Of a stretch of DNA of 39,057 bases, positions 18,982-26,783 are shown piece by piece. Both the position numbers and the translations under genes were made by a program. The stretch is from the IMG/VR virus record IMGVR_UViG_3300037483_000582, positions 1 through 39,057 of that record, one strand, 5' to 3'. The stretch is from a virus. Lineage: Duplodnaviria > Caudoviricetes. Every line of letters begins with the position of its first letter. Within the stretch, counting starts at the first letter, position 1. The notes under the pieces are model-generated. The model did not search any database, was not told where the DNA came from, and worked only from the letters and a program-made list of their open reading frames with translations.

Positions 18982-19290
18982 ATGGATGCGCCTATGAAAA
19001 AACTCTTCTCTTCTAGCTCTTTAAGTGTTGTCGTTTTGTTACTGTTATTGTCTTACTGGGGCTTACGCAGCTTGCAGCCCCGCTATAAGTACCATATGAA
19101 CCAAGACGGTACTATAACCCAGAAAGATGTTACATGGCGAATTGTCAAACCGCTTATAATTTTCAAACGCCGCCTTGCCCGCTTTGTGTTCCCACCAGGT
19201 CTAAAACCTATTGCATCCCGGGAGACCCGGTCCCGCTTGCACGTCATCGACATTCGGGTAAAAAGGCCTGGGATTCCCAGCGCCAGCTAA
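18982..19290 (+). CDS. Possible single-TM protein overlapping rusA
   Basis: VVVLLLLLSYWGL hydrophobic segment; 157-nt overlap makes the extent doubtful. Confidence 0.35.
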   Translation: MDAPMKKLFSSSSLSVVVLLLLLSYWGLRSLQPRYKYHMNQDGTITQKDVTWRIVKPLIIFKRRLARFVFPPGLKPIASRETRSRLHVIDIRVKRPGIPSAS

Positions 19291-19586
19291 AGTTCGCTAT
19301 CGGGCTACAGCTCCTTAAACAACATAATAATGAACCGTTCTTCAAGGGACCTCTACACTTAGAGGTCTTCTTTTTTTGTGAGATTCCCTCTTCTCGCCGC
19401 AAGAAAGAACAGCTCCACCACAAACCACATTATTATAAACCCGATAGCAGCAATCTCTTAAAGCTGGTGGAAGACTGCGCAAATAATATTATATTTAAAG
19501 ATGATGCGGCTATATTTTCTACATATATACAGAAAGTTTATAGCAATGAACCAAAAACAATATTTACTGTTTATCAATTATTATGA
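19134..19586 (+). CDS. rusA: RusA-family Holliday junction resolvase
   Basis: IPGDPVPLARHR...KPDSSNLLKLVEDCANNIIFKDD...KVYS. Confidence 0.9.
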   Translation: MANCQTAYNFQTPPCPLCVPTRSKTYCIPGDPVPLARHRHSGKKAWDSQRQLKFAIGLQLLKQHNNEPFFKGPLHLEVFFFCEIPSSRRKKEQLHHKPHYYKPDSSNLLKLVEDCANNIIFKDDAAIFSTYIQKVYSNEPKTIFTVYQLL

Positions 19587-20083
19587 AAAAAACTACTAAT
19601 AATAGCAAGAAGGACGAGAAACGAAAGGTCTCTCGCCCTTATAAATACTTTGATGAATACGAGCCTTTGTTCAGTAGACAAAAGGTGCCCGTTTCATTTG
19701 CCTATATTGATAGACTTATCGAAGAGATGGGCAAGCATTTAGACTATCTAGTCAATGAACTAAGAACAGGCAATAAAGATAAATGTTCATTTACGGCTGA
19801 GGAGTTTTATATAAAAATGCGCATACCTCATAAGACTATAGAATATTGGCGTTTGAAGCTTGATTATCTTAATGATGCACATAAGAATTTTGTTAAAGCT
19901 ATTGGCGAACTGCGCGAAGCAGGTGCTATCCATTCCATTTTAAGGGAGAAGATGATTATGCACGTAATGGCGCATTACTCTAAGATCTATGACGACGCAG
20001 ATAAGCGACGCGGGGCACTTGGTCTTGCCGATGAAGCAATATCAGTTGTTGAGATACCAACATATCCGGAAGAACAATCTTAA
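19583..20083 (+). CDS. Probable terminase small subunit
   Basis: HTH-like TIEYW segment, helical IGELREAGA core, C-terminal beta strand ISVVEIP; inference. Confidence 0.5.
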   Translation: MKKTTNNSKKDEKRKVSRPYKYFDEYEPLFSRQKVPVSFAYIDRLIEEMGKHLDYLVNELRTGNKDKCSFTAEEFYIKMRIPHKTIEYWRLKLDYLNDAHKNFVKAIGELREAGAIHSILREKMIMHVMAHYSKIYDDADKRRGALGLADEAISVVEIPTYPEEQS

Positions 20084-20092
20084 ACAAAGTTG

Positions 20093-20120
20093 TTGACTTT
20101 GGCTAAAGTTGTGTTATTCT
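20093..20120 (+). promoter_or_regulatory. Promoter, near-duplicate of 20395-20422
   Basis: TTGACT-N16-TATTCT with extended TG. Confidence 0.7.
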
Positions 20121-20158
20121 ATATGTAGTTAGTTGAACACTAGATACAAGGATATGGT

Positions 20159-20317
20159 ATGGTTTATAAATTCACTCCCGAAGAAATGCTTGCTCATATA
20201 AGAGAACAACATAAAAAGGCAGCCGAAGAAAGATTCGGTGGCTTGACATACAAGGAACCAGCAACGAGCTGTAAGTACATGGGTGATGGTTGTCCAAATT
20301 GTATAGCTCAACAATAA
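20159..20317 (+). CDS. 52-aa protein with Cys-rich tail
   Basis: AAGGA SD; MVYKFTPEEMLAHIREQHKK...CKYMGDGCPNC; directly after promoter. Confidence 0.65.
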   Translation: MVYKFTPEEMLAHIREQHKKAAEERFGGLTYKEPATSCKYMGDGCPNCIAQQ

Positions 20318-20394
20318 TATATAAGTATAAATTCCTGCTAAAAAAGCCCGTAAGGCCGTAACCGGATACTGCGGGCTAAATTATTACAATGTTG

Positions 20395-20422
20395 TTGACT
20401 TTGATCAATGTTGTGTTATAAT
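20395..20422 (+). promoter_or_regulatory. Strong promoter for the accessory island
   Basis: TTGACT-N16-TATAAT with extended TG. Confidence 0.75.
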
Positions 20423-20439
20423 AGTAATGTTGGTTAAAG

Positions 20440-20471
20440 ATCGAGGACGATAACGATGTCCGAGAGTTCTA
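20440..20471 (+). repeat. Dispersed hairpin motif, copy 5
   Basis: ATCGA-GGAC-GATAACGAT-GTCC-GAGAGTTCTA. Confidence 0.8.
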
Positions 20472-20482
20472 GAAAGGTATTT

Positions 20483-20947
20483 ATGAAAGCACAATTAATA
20501 GTCGGTTATTATTTCACTAGAATTGCACATGGCGAAGTTATAGACGCGATCTTGTTGTTTGATGAATGCAATCCAAAGACAACGGCATTTAATAAGCCGC
20601 GCCATGAAAGAGTGATACACAAGCGCTGGGATGGTAAACAATCTGACGTTAATTATATTCAGCCCGATGATAGAGCTAAATATCGAGCAGTATATAGAGA
20701 GCTATTCAGTGATATATTGGCAATGGATGTTTTTGCTTGTGGGAGAAATTACTCGTTCCAGATATGGAATAACAGCACGGACGACTTGCGCTTAGACATA
20801 TTGGGGATTTCCCTTTATGAATCTGATTACGGCGACATTGCTACATGTGTAGAAAATTGCCACTTGCAGCATATGATAACCGACATACAAAAGAATATAT
20901 TTGGTGGTATAGAGCCTTCCATCTTCCTATTTGCGGGGGATAGATAA
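20483..20947 (+). CDS. Hypothetical protein (likely start 20483)
   Basis: AAAGGT SD before MKAQ. Confidence 0.65.
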   Translation: MKAQLIVGYYFTRIAHGEVIDAILLFDECNPKTTAFNKPRHERVIHKRWDGKQSDVNYIQPDDRAKYRAVYRELFSDILAMDVFACGRNYSFQIWNNSTDDLRLDILGISLYESDYGDIATCVENCHLQHMITDIQKNIFGGIEPSIFLFAGDR

Positions 20948-21282
20948 TGGCACTCCATGAACATTACCCCGAGATAGAAGCAAATATCAAACTTCTTGAT
21001 CGTGATGTACTTGATAAGCTAGCCCATAAGATGCTGCTAGCAATATTGCAACATCAATCGCAGTACATTGGTGTTTTAAGGGGCGTTATAGACCAACTTA
21101 CTGATGAAACAGAAAAGAACTTACTCAAGTCACTTGTTGTTACATATACATCTTTATGGGATATGAGTACGGACAAGCATATAAAAATAACGCTACCGAT
21201 GTTACACAAGGAGTTTGAAGAGCTTATTACGGTATGGCGTGGCGCAACTGATGCTGTTAATAGAACGATAAAGAAAAGTTAA
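20947..21282 (+). CDS. Helical hypothetical protein, paralogue A
   Basis: IKLLDRDVLDKLAHKMLLAILQHQ shared with B and C. Confidence 0.7.
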   Translation: MALHEHYPEIEANIKLLDRDVLDKLAHKMLLAILQHQSQYIGVLRGVIDQLTDETEKNLLKSLVVTYTSLWDMSTDKHIKITLPMLHKEFEELITVWRGATDAVNRTIKKS

Positions 21283-21287
21283 AAGGA

Positions 21288-21662
21288 ATGGATATGGATA
21301 AGAAAACACCTATATATTGGAAAGATGTCAAACACGGCATAGAATCATTAGACAAAGAACAGCTACGTGATTTATCCAGCGTATTGTTAGCAGCAATAAT
21401 AAAGCATAATGAGCTAACAATTGCACATGTCAAAATATATCTTGAACTCCACCCATCTCCTATGGCAGAACAATTAATACGGTCCACGCTCGATAGCTAT
21501 TTAGCGCATTGGAATGGATACCCAAATGCAAATAAATCATTTAAAGACTGGCTTGTGTTGCTGAATAAAGATTTTAAGTTTGTTATTGATGATTGGGAGA
21601 CGGCAAGTAATGCTGTTGACAAGGGCATTGAGGAGTTAATGGGTGGGCGTAAGCTGTACTGA
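21288..21662 (+). CDS. Helical hypothetical protein, paralogue B
   Basis: IESLDKEQLRDLSSVLLAAIIKHN; C-terminal W..A..AV shared with A. Confidence 0.7.
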   Translation: MDMDKKTPIYWKDVKHGIESLDKEQLRDLSSVLLAAIIKHNELTIAHVKIYLELHPSPMAEQLIRSTLDSYLAHWNGYPNANKSFKDWLVLLNKDFKFVIDDWETASNAVDKGIEELMGGRKLY

Positions 21663-21786
21663 TTGTAAGCAGGCAATCAAGGCAAACTGCACAGTCATTG
21701 CAGATGATGGATACTTTTGCTTTGATTGCTTTGACGATAAAGTAGCGCGATATTATCAAGACGAAAGGTTGCGAAGTGAAGTTTAA
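21643..21786 (+). CDS. 47-aa C4 zinc-finger protein (GTG start)
   Basis: GAGGAG SD; CTDC...FCFDCF; fills the gap between genes. Confidence 0.65.
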   Translation: MGVSCTDCKQAIKANCTVIADDGYFCFDCFDDKVARYYQDERLRSEV

Positions 21787-22198
21787 GCAAGAGGTAGAAG
21801 ATCTCGTTAAAGAGGGTAAGGCATTACCATTTAATGAAGATGAATTCAGGGCAGGTATTGATAAGCTGACGCATGATGAATGCAAGCAGCTTGTACATGA
21901 GCTATTAAAAGCAGCAATGTTAAACCAGTCATTTTCATGCACGCTGCTCGGAGCGCTTAAGAAGCGCGAGCTTAATAATAACTTGCTGCTTATCATACAG
22001 GAATGTTTTTCGTATCCGCAGATACCATTTCATTTAATGTGCCGCAAGATTGGACACAATATAATAAAGATCTATTCACCGCTCTATCACGTGGTTGAGT
22101 CGTGGAGATTTTTATATGATATATCAGAGTCACCATCTAGCGTAGATGATTATATAGTTAATCTGGCTAATGAATTTGAGAAAGCGAGCATGAACTGA
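21776..22198 (+). CDS. Helical hypothetical protein, paralogue C
   Basis: IDKLTHDECKQLVHELLKAAMLNQ. Confidence 0.65.
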   Translation: MKFKQEVEDLVKEGKALPFNEDEFRAGIDKLTHDECKQLVHELLKAAMLNQSFSCTLLGALKKRELNNNLLLIIQECFSYPQIPFHLMCRKIGHNIIKIYSPLYHVVESWRFLYDISESPSSVDDYIVNLANEFEKASMN

Positions 22199-22557
22199 TG
22201 GAATGGAAATTATTGTCTGTAGAACTTCCCGACCGTAATGATACCTGCTGGGTCACTGATGGCAAAATAAGGGCCCTGGCTTCATGGGATACTGAAGCAC
22301 AACAATTTGAGATACTGGTACTTTATAATGTAACTATAAAGCCCGATTCTCTTACCCACTGGGCATATGCTGTCGACTTACCAAACAATACAAATGGCAG
22401 ACATATACGAATACGTAGCACTGTAGATGGAGCCGACATTATAAATTGGCGAGCACCAGCGCATGAATTACAGGCAAAATATTATGCATGCAAGCGCGAT
22501 AAAGATTTGCTTGAGCAAAAGCTTAATAAGCTGATGGAAATGATTAATGAATTATGA
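22198..22557 (+). CDS. DUF551-like protein with coiled-coil tail
   Basis: MEWKLLSVELP...LTHWAY..LP. Confidence 0.65.
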   Translation: MEWKLLSVELPDRNDTCWVTDGKIRALASWDTEAQQFEILVLYNVTIKPDSLTHWAYAVDLPNNTNGRHIRIRSTVDGADIINWRAPAHELQAKYYACKRDKDLLEQKLNKLMEMINEL

Positions 22558-22849
22558 AATATTGATGGATGTTGTTGCATATGCTTTATCTTTTTTGATG
22601 GGCTATATGTTTTGTAACAAGATTCAGCGTTGTCGTTTATTCACTTGCCAGCATACAAAAGAAATTGGAACTCTTATGCTTGAAATTAAATGTATTATGG
22701 AAGAGAACGAATCACTTACTCGCAATCTGCGCTGGTCTGAGCAGAGAGAAGCATTGAGTATTCAGTACGGGAATGAACAACACGAGATAAATAGCTTACT
22801 TCGTATACGGATCAATGAATTCAAGGAAAAGGTAAAGAATGGAAATTGA
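22547..22849 (+). CDS. N-terminal TM, coiled-coil hypothetical protein
   Basis: VVAYALSFLMGYMF followed by heptads. Confidence 0.6.
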   Translation: MNYEILMDVVAYALSFLMGYMFCNKIQRCRLFTCQHTKEIGTLMLEIKCIMEENESLTRNLRWSEQREALSIQYGNEQHEINSLLRIRINEFKEKVKNGN

Positions 22850-23054
22850 AGTTGTTGAACATAAGTCACCATTAATCTGTTATTTCTGCGAGAAACCGTG
22901 CGAAATGGCAATGAAATTTGAGGCTAACGACACCATTGTATTGTCATTTTGCTTTATGTGCTTTGTTACAATTCTTAAGCACAACGCAGACCAATTAAGA
23001 GTAAACCGCGAGAAGACAAGTAAACCATGGAATCCAACCACGATACAAGGCTGA
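22839..23054 (+). CDS. C4 zinc-finger protein
   Basis: CYFC...FCFMCF. Confidence 0.65.
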   Translation: MEIEVVEHKSPLICYFCEKPCEMAMKFEANDTIVLSFCFMCFVTILKHNADQLRVNREKTSKPWNPTTIQG

Positions 23055-23056
23055 AT

Positions 23057-23245
23057 ATGAATTGGATTAAATTTAGCGAACAGAAACCAACAAAAAGAGT
23101 ACCCTGTTTCGTTGGCACCGCAGACGGTTGTACAGTGTTGCAGTGGCTTGGCGAAGTATTCACTAAATTGGATGGTGAAATTGTAGAACTTGGACCTAAT
23201 GTATATTGGGCATATGCGGTTGATTCACTCCCAATACGGAACTAA
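23057..23245 (+). CDS. DUF551-like protein (likely start 23057)
   Basis: MNWIKFSEQKP...VYWAYAVDSLP, similar to 22198 gene. Confidence 0.65.
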   Translation: MNWIKFSEQKPTKRVPCFVGTADGCTVLQWLGEVFTKLDGEIVELGPNVYWAYAVDSLPIRN

Positions 23246-23247
23246 AT

Positions 23248-23454
23248 ATGTGCGACATTAAGAAATGCCCACACCGCTACAGATATAGCAAAGATGATGA
23301 ACGCATGAACTTTTATTACGATGGCATTGAAGAGAAAGAAGATCTCATGAGATGGTGGAATGAATATGGCAATGAGTTTATGGACCAATATCCATTATCA
23401 ACCAGTGTTTATTTTACAAAGTTTAAAAACAAATTAAGCAAGAGCGACCAATGA
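23248..23454 (+). CDS. Hypothetical protein
   Basis: Packed ORF, ATGA coupling. Confidence 0.6.
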   Translation: MCDIKKCPHRYRYSKDDERMNFYYDGIEEKEDLMRWWNEYGNEFMDQYPLSTSVYFTKFKNKLSKSDQ

Positions 23455-23717
23455 ACTTCTATGAAGCATGGCTGGTAATGCGCGATGGTAAAAGATGTAA
23501 GATTATTGAGCGTCCACTCCAGATTTTTTGGCTTGAAGAATTGAAGTGCGATAAGCCCTTTTATCTAGATAAAGCCAAAATGGTTTATTTATCTAATGAA
23601 CATGGCTGGCAATTAAAAGTTGTTCATAGAGATGTGTCTTATATGGTATCGGATGTTTGGTGTGATGAGGCGATGATTGATGCTTTTATGGGATTTAACT
23701 GGGAGATTGTTGAATGA
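23451..23717 (+). CDS. DUF2829/Tad2-like protein, copy 1
   Basis: MNFYEAWLVMRDGK...NWEIVE. Confidence 0.65.
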   Translation: MNFYEAWLVMRDGKRCKIIERPLQIFWLEELKCDKPFYLDKAKMVYLSNEHGWQLKVVHRDVSYMVSDVWCDEAMIDAFMGFNWEIVE

Positions 23718-24598
23718 ATGAATTTGAAATGAACTCTAAAATTGCAAAGCGTGTTTTTACTGGATTAATCTGCTTCATGTTGCTCTTTATAGCATGGGGA
23801 ATGAAGCCTTGGTATATTGTACAACCCGGAGAAACTGCTATTCAATTGCAATTCGGTAAGCCAAAGAGAGTAATCAATGAACCTGGTATTTATCTAAGGA
23901 CTCCCCTTATTGATAAGATTGTGTACATAAATAATAGAATTTGCAGAACATCTATTGAAACGCGCTCATTATCTAAAGACTTACAAACGGTAGATATAGG
24001 GGCAGTATTAAATTACAGAATAAACAAAGGGTATGAGATCTTTAAAAGTGTAGGTTCGGATTTTGAGACCATTATTATTAATCCATTTGTCCAGGAATCT
24101 CTTAAAGCTGTTGTGGCCAAGTTTACGGCTGAAGACCTTATACAGCAACGGCACAAAGCTTGTGATTGGGTTAATAATGAGCTGAAAGAGCGGTTGGCAT
24201 TACACAGTATAGTACTTATTGATTTCAACTTTATTCATCTGGATTTTACCAAAGACTTTATCCATGCAGTAGAACAAAAACAAATAGCTGAACAAGCAGC
24301 AAAAACAGTGCGTAATCTTACGGAGAAGGTAAAAGAAGAATCAGCGCAAGAACGCCTGAAATCAGATGCCCTAGCTTATGCATATATTACTGACGCAAAG
24401 GCCAAGGCCGAAGCTGTGCGAGTACGTGCCGATGCAGAGGCATATGCTCTTAAGGCAAAGCGTGAGTCTATTACGGCTAATCTGATTACTCTTAAGAAGG
24501 TAGAGGCACTTACTCATGCAGTTGAGAAGTGGAATGGTCAACTACCGCGCATTGTTACTGGAAGTAATCCATTTCTCGAAATAACTGACGGGGTTTAA
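23714..24598 (+). CDS. SPFH/prohibitin (band 7) membrane protein
   Basis: N-terminal TM; SLSKDLQTV, LKAVVAKFTAEDLI..R, AVEQKQIAEQ, EKWNGQLP. Confidence 0.92.
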   Translation: MNEFEMNSKIAKRVFTGLICFMLLFIAWGMKPWYIVQPGETAIQLQFGKPKRVINEPGIYLRTPLIDKIVYINNRICRTSIETRSLSKDLQTVDIGAVLNYRINKGYEIFKSVGSDFETIIINPFVQESLKAVVAKFTAEDLIQQRHKACDWVNNELKERLALHSIVLIDFNFIHLDFTKDFIHAVEQKQIAEQAAKTVRNLTEKVKEESAQERLKSDALAYAYITDAKAKAEAVRVRADAEAYALKAKRESITANLITLKKVEALTHAVEKWNGQLPRIVTGSNPFLEITDGV

Positions 24599-24600
24599 TA

Positions 24601-24801
24601 ATGAACTTTTATGAAGCATGGCAGGCGATGCGCGAAGGGAAAATAATAACATACAAATGCGGATCGTTAGATATGAAACTTGGCATTAATAATAATAAAT
24701 TAACTTTATATTCGCCCGCCATGCGTACAGTAATTATCAAAGGAGAACAATTTAAAACTTTGGTTAATTTATTTGAAAGAAATGATTATGAACTTCTATG
24801 A
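24601..24801 (+). CDS. DUF2829/Tad2-like protein, copy 2
   Basis: MNFYEAWQAMREGK...NDYELL. Confidence 0.65.
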   Translation: MNFYEAWQAMREGKIITYKCGSLDMKLGINNNKLTLYSPAMRTVIIKGEQFKTLVNLFERNDYELL

Positions 24802-25000
24802 AGCATGGCAAGCGATGCGCCAGGGGAAGAAAATTCGCCAACATTATCTGCCCAACCCCATACAAATGATTTATTTAATTAAAGACGACAAGCTTTTTAG
24901 TGAAATGCCCGTTGGCGAGCCATTGCATATAGAATGCAATGATATAACTTATTCTTATATTTTTGAAATGATGCGCCGAGATTGGGAGATTGTGGAATGA
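24788..25000 (+). CDS. DUF2829/Tad2-like protein, copy 3 (start 24788)
   Basis: MNFYEAWQAMRQGKKIR...RDWEIVE. Confidence 0.7.
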   Translation: MNFYEAWQAMRQGKKIRQHYLPNPIQMIYLIKDDKLFSEMPVGEPLHIECNDITYSYIFEMMRRDWEIVE

Positions 25001-25254
25001 ATTTCTATGAAGCATGGCAGGCGATGCTTGCGGGCAAAACAATAATAATAAAAGATTGTGCTTTAAGGGGACCGATGTCATTAACGCACGGACTACTTAA
25101 GGCCAAGTGTCCACTAACTGGTCAAGAGATACAGAAACACGTTCTTAATAAGCTCTATTACCATATGCCAAATGGTGATAAGCAGCCGGTTAATAATCTT
25201 ACTGCTGATGATATTACGCGCTTTATGGGTCTGGAATGGGAAATTGAAAGATGA
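24997..25254 (+). CDS. DUF2829/Tad2-like protein, copy 4 (start 24997)
   Basis: MNFYEAWQAMLAGK...LTADDI...EWEIER. Confidence 0.7.
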   Translation: MNFYEAWQAMLAGKTIIIKDCALRGPMSLTHGLLKAKCPLTGQEIQKHVLNKLYYHMPNGDKQPVNNLTADDITRFMGLEWEIER

Positions 25255-25514
25255 AGCTATTTATCTTTGATGTACAATATTTAACTCTTGATTACCATCA
25301 TGGCGGATCTTGTATTATCATTGCTGATGATCTTGATGATGCTATCAGACAATTCAATCAGTACGCCGATGATGAATTCGTTCAAGGTACACGATATGGT
25401 AATACTACAAAGCCCGAGCTAATGCCCGATGAAATAAGAGATGGAATCGTCTATGAGCTTGGGGGTAATTATCCAAAAAATATAATCATTCATTCAGATT
25501 CAGGATGCTGTTAA
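25251..25514 (+). CDS. Hypothetical protein
   Basis: ATGA coupling; acidic; IIIADDLDDA. Confidence 0.65.
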   Translation: MKLFIFDVQYLTLDYHHGGSCIIIADDLDDAIRQFNQYADDEFVQGTRYGNTTKPELMPDEIRDGIVYELGGNYPKNIIIHSDSGCC

Positions 25515-25515
25515 C

Positions 25516-25815
25516 ATGAACTACCAAGAATCGTATAATAACTTTATCAAAGATCTTGCAACCATTGGCGACCCATTGCTTTTAAGCCTATTTAAGCAGT
25601 TTACAGTCAAAGCAGCAGCAAGCAAATATCTTATACTTACAATGCACGCCAAGCTCTACTTTCTGACTGATCTGATTGAACAAACATCAAATCTGTGGAC
25701 TCCGCTACTTCTTAAGAGCTTCCCGGCAATGAACACTGTACAGTTTGAGCTTGAAGATGGCGAAATAAAATATGTGAAGATCATAAGCCCGACTGACGAC
25801 GATGACGTGGTTTAG
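25516..25815 (+). CDS. Hypothetical protein, possible DnaA-N / DnaX C-terminal-like domain
   Basis: Pattern Y..F...L...DPLL.SLF...L.L......FL.D.IE....W..LL..F; weak recognition. Confidence 0.45.
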   Translation: MNYQESYNNFIKDLATIGDPLLLSLFKQFTVKAAASKYLILTMHAKLYFLTDLIEQTSNLWTPLLLKSFPAMNTVQFELEDGEIKYVKIISPTDDDDVV

Positions 25816-26068
25816 ATCACCGGGACTAAAGCCACCACGTGGCACATGGGTGCTCGCCAAGTTTCAAGAAGATGGGCACTACTTCCGCATTATTAAGTAT
25901 ACAACCCGCAAGCTACCATATAAAAAGATTCAATCTATATGGGTGCCGTTTGATTATGGGTATTTCTGGCTTAAAGATGAAAGAATCTGGTGGAAACATA
26001 TTCCTGATGAGCTGGAATTTATTATTAATGAAAAAGATCATGATCCGTTGGTCTGGGAATGTAAATAA
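25802..26068 (+). CDS. DUF551-like protein
   Basis: MTWF....KPPRGTWVL...IWWKHIP. Confidence 0.55.
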   Translation: MTWFRSPGLKPPRGTWVLAKFQEDGHYFRIIKYTTRKLPYKKIQSIWVPFDYGYFWLKDERIWWKHIPDELEFIINEKDHDPLVWECK

Positions 26069-26070
26069 TC

Positions 26071-26098
26071 TTGCCCTTTATGGGGATTAATTTATACT
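26071..26098 (+). promoter_or_regulatory. Promoter for the DIP1984-like gene and ncRNA cluster
   Basis: TTGCCC-N16-TATACT; TCTTGCCCTTTATGGG also at 28140. Confidence 0.6.
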
Positions 26099-26122
26099 AA
26101 AGTTGGTCAAAGAAAGGCAAGC

Positions 26123-26638
26123 ATGAAAATCATAGAAGCACTAAAGAAAATAAAAGATCTAAACAAAAAAGCGGATGATCTTAAATTAAAGATAGCGACT
26201 TATTGCGCTGACTTGGATTGTGAGACGCCGACATATCCCGATCAAAAGCGTCAAGTAGCCGAATGGCTGCAAGCTCACGGCGATGTCGTTAAAGAAATCC
26301 TTCGCCTTCACTACTGCATACAAAAGACTAATATCATGACTCAAGTCTCTATTCTCCTGGGAGACAAGAGCGTGACAAAGTCTATATCTGAATGGATTCT
26401 GCGACGCCGTACCCTTGCATCGTTGCAGCAATCGGCTTGGAAGGCGTTGACTGATAAGAATCTTAAAGAGTCCTATGCTAATCAGTTGACGCCTAACAGT
26501 CCCCAGGCAATCATTAAGCGTAGATTATATTATGATCCGATTGAGCGTGACCGCATGATAGAACTTTATCGTTCAGAGCCCGCGATAGTTGACGCTACGC
26601 TTGAGGTTATTAACGCAACGACAGAACTTATTGAGTAG
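26123..26638 (+). CDS. DIP1984-family-like long helical protein
   Basis: MKIIEAL..., IQKTN..T, SISEWI.RR, YDP.E.D, C-terminal VDATLEVINATTELIE match the recalled MKLAEAL...I..TN...lD..iq..N..TEL.E pattern. Confidence 0.6.
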   Translation: MKIIEALKKIKDLNKKADDLKLKIATYCADLDCETPTYPDQKRQVAEWLQAHGDVVKEILRLHYCIQKTNIMTQVSILLGDKSVTKSISEWILRRRTLASLQQSAWKALTDKNLKESYANQLTPNSPQAIIKRRLYYDPIERDRMIELYRSEPAIVDATLEVINATTELIE

Positions 26639-26644
26639 GCTAGG

Positions 26645-26699
26645 CGGACCGCATGCCTCCCCGTCCTACCGATCGGGAGTTTAAAGCGGCGGTCTTGCC
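26645..26699 (+). ncRNA. Structured element 1
   Basis: GGACCGC/GCGGTCT outer stem with inner CTCCC/GGGAG. Confidence 0.45.
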
Positions 26700-26707
26700 G
26701 GTATAAA

Positions 26708-26772
26708 TTGGGGTCCTTGGTTTTTGTATCCTTCTAGGTAGTACTTAACCGACATGCAACACGGGGCCCCAA
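26708..26772 (+). ncRNA. Structured element 2
   Basis: TTGGGGTCC/GGGCCCCAA outer stem, TTGGTT/AACCGA inner stem. Confidence 0.45.
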
Positions 26773-26783
26773 AAACTTGAAAT

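Noticed and set aside
26645-26699. HDV-like/theta ribozyme next to tRNA-like elements
   Set aside because: I could not place the P1.1 GG, P2 or the catalytic C in J4/2.
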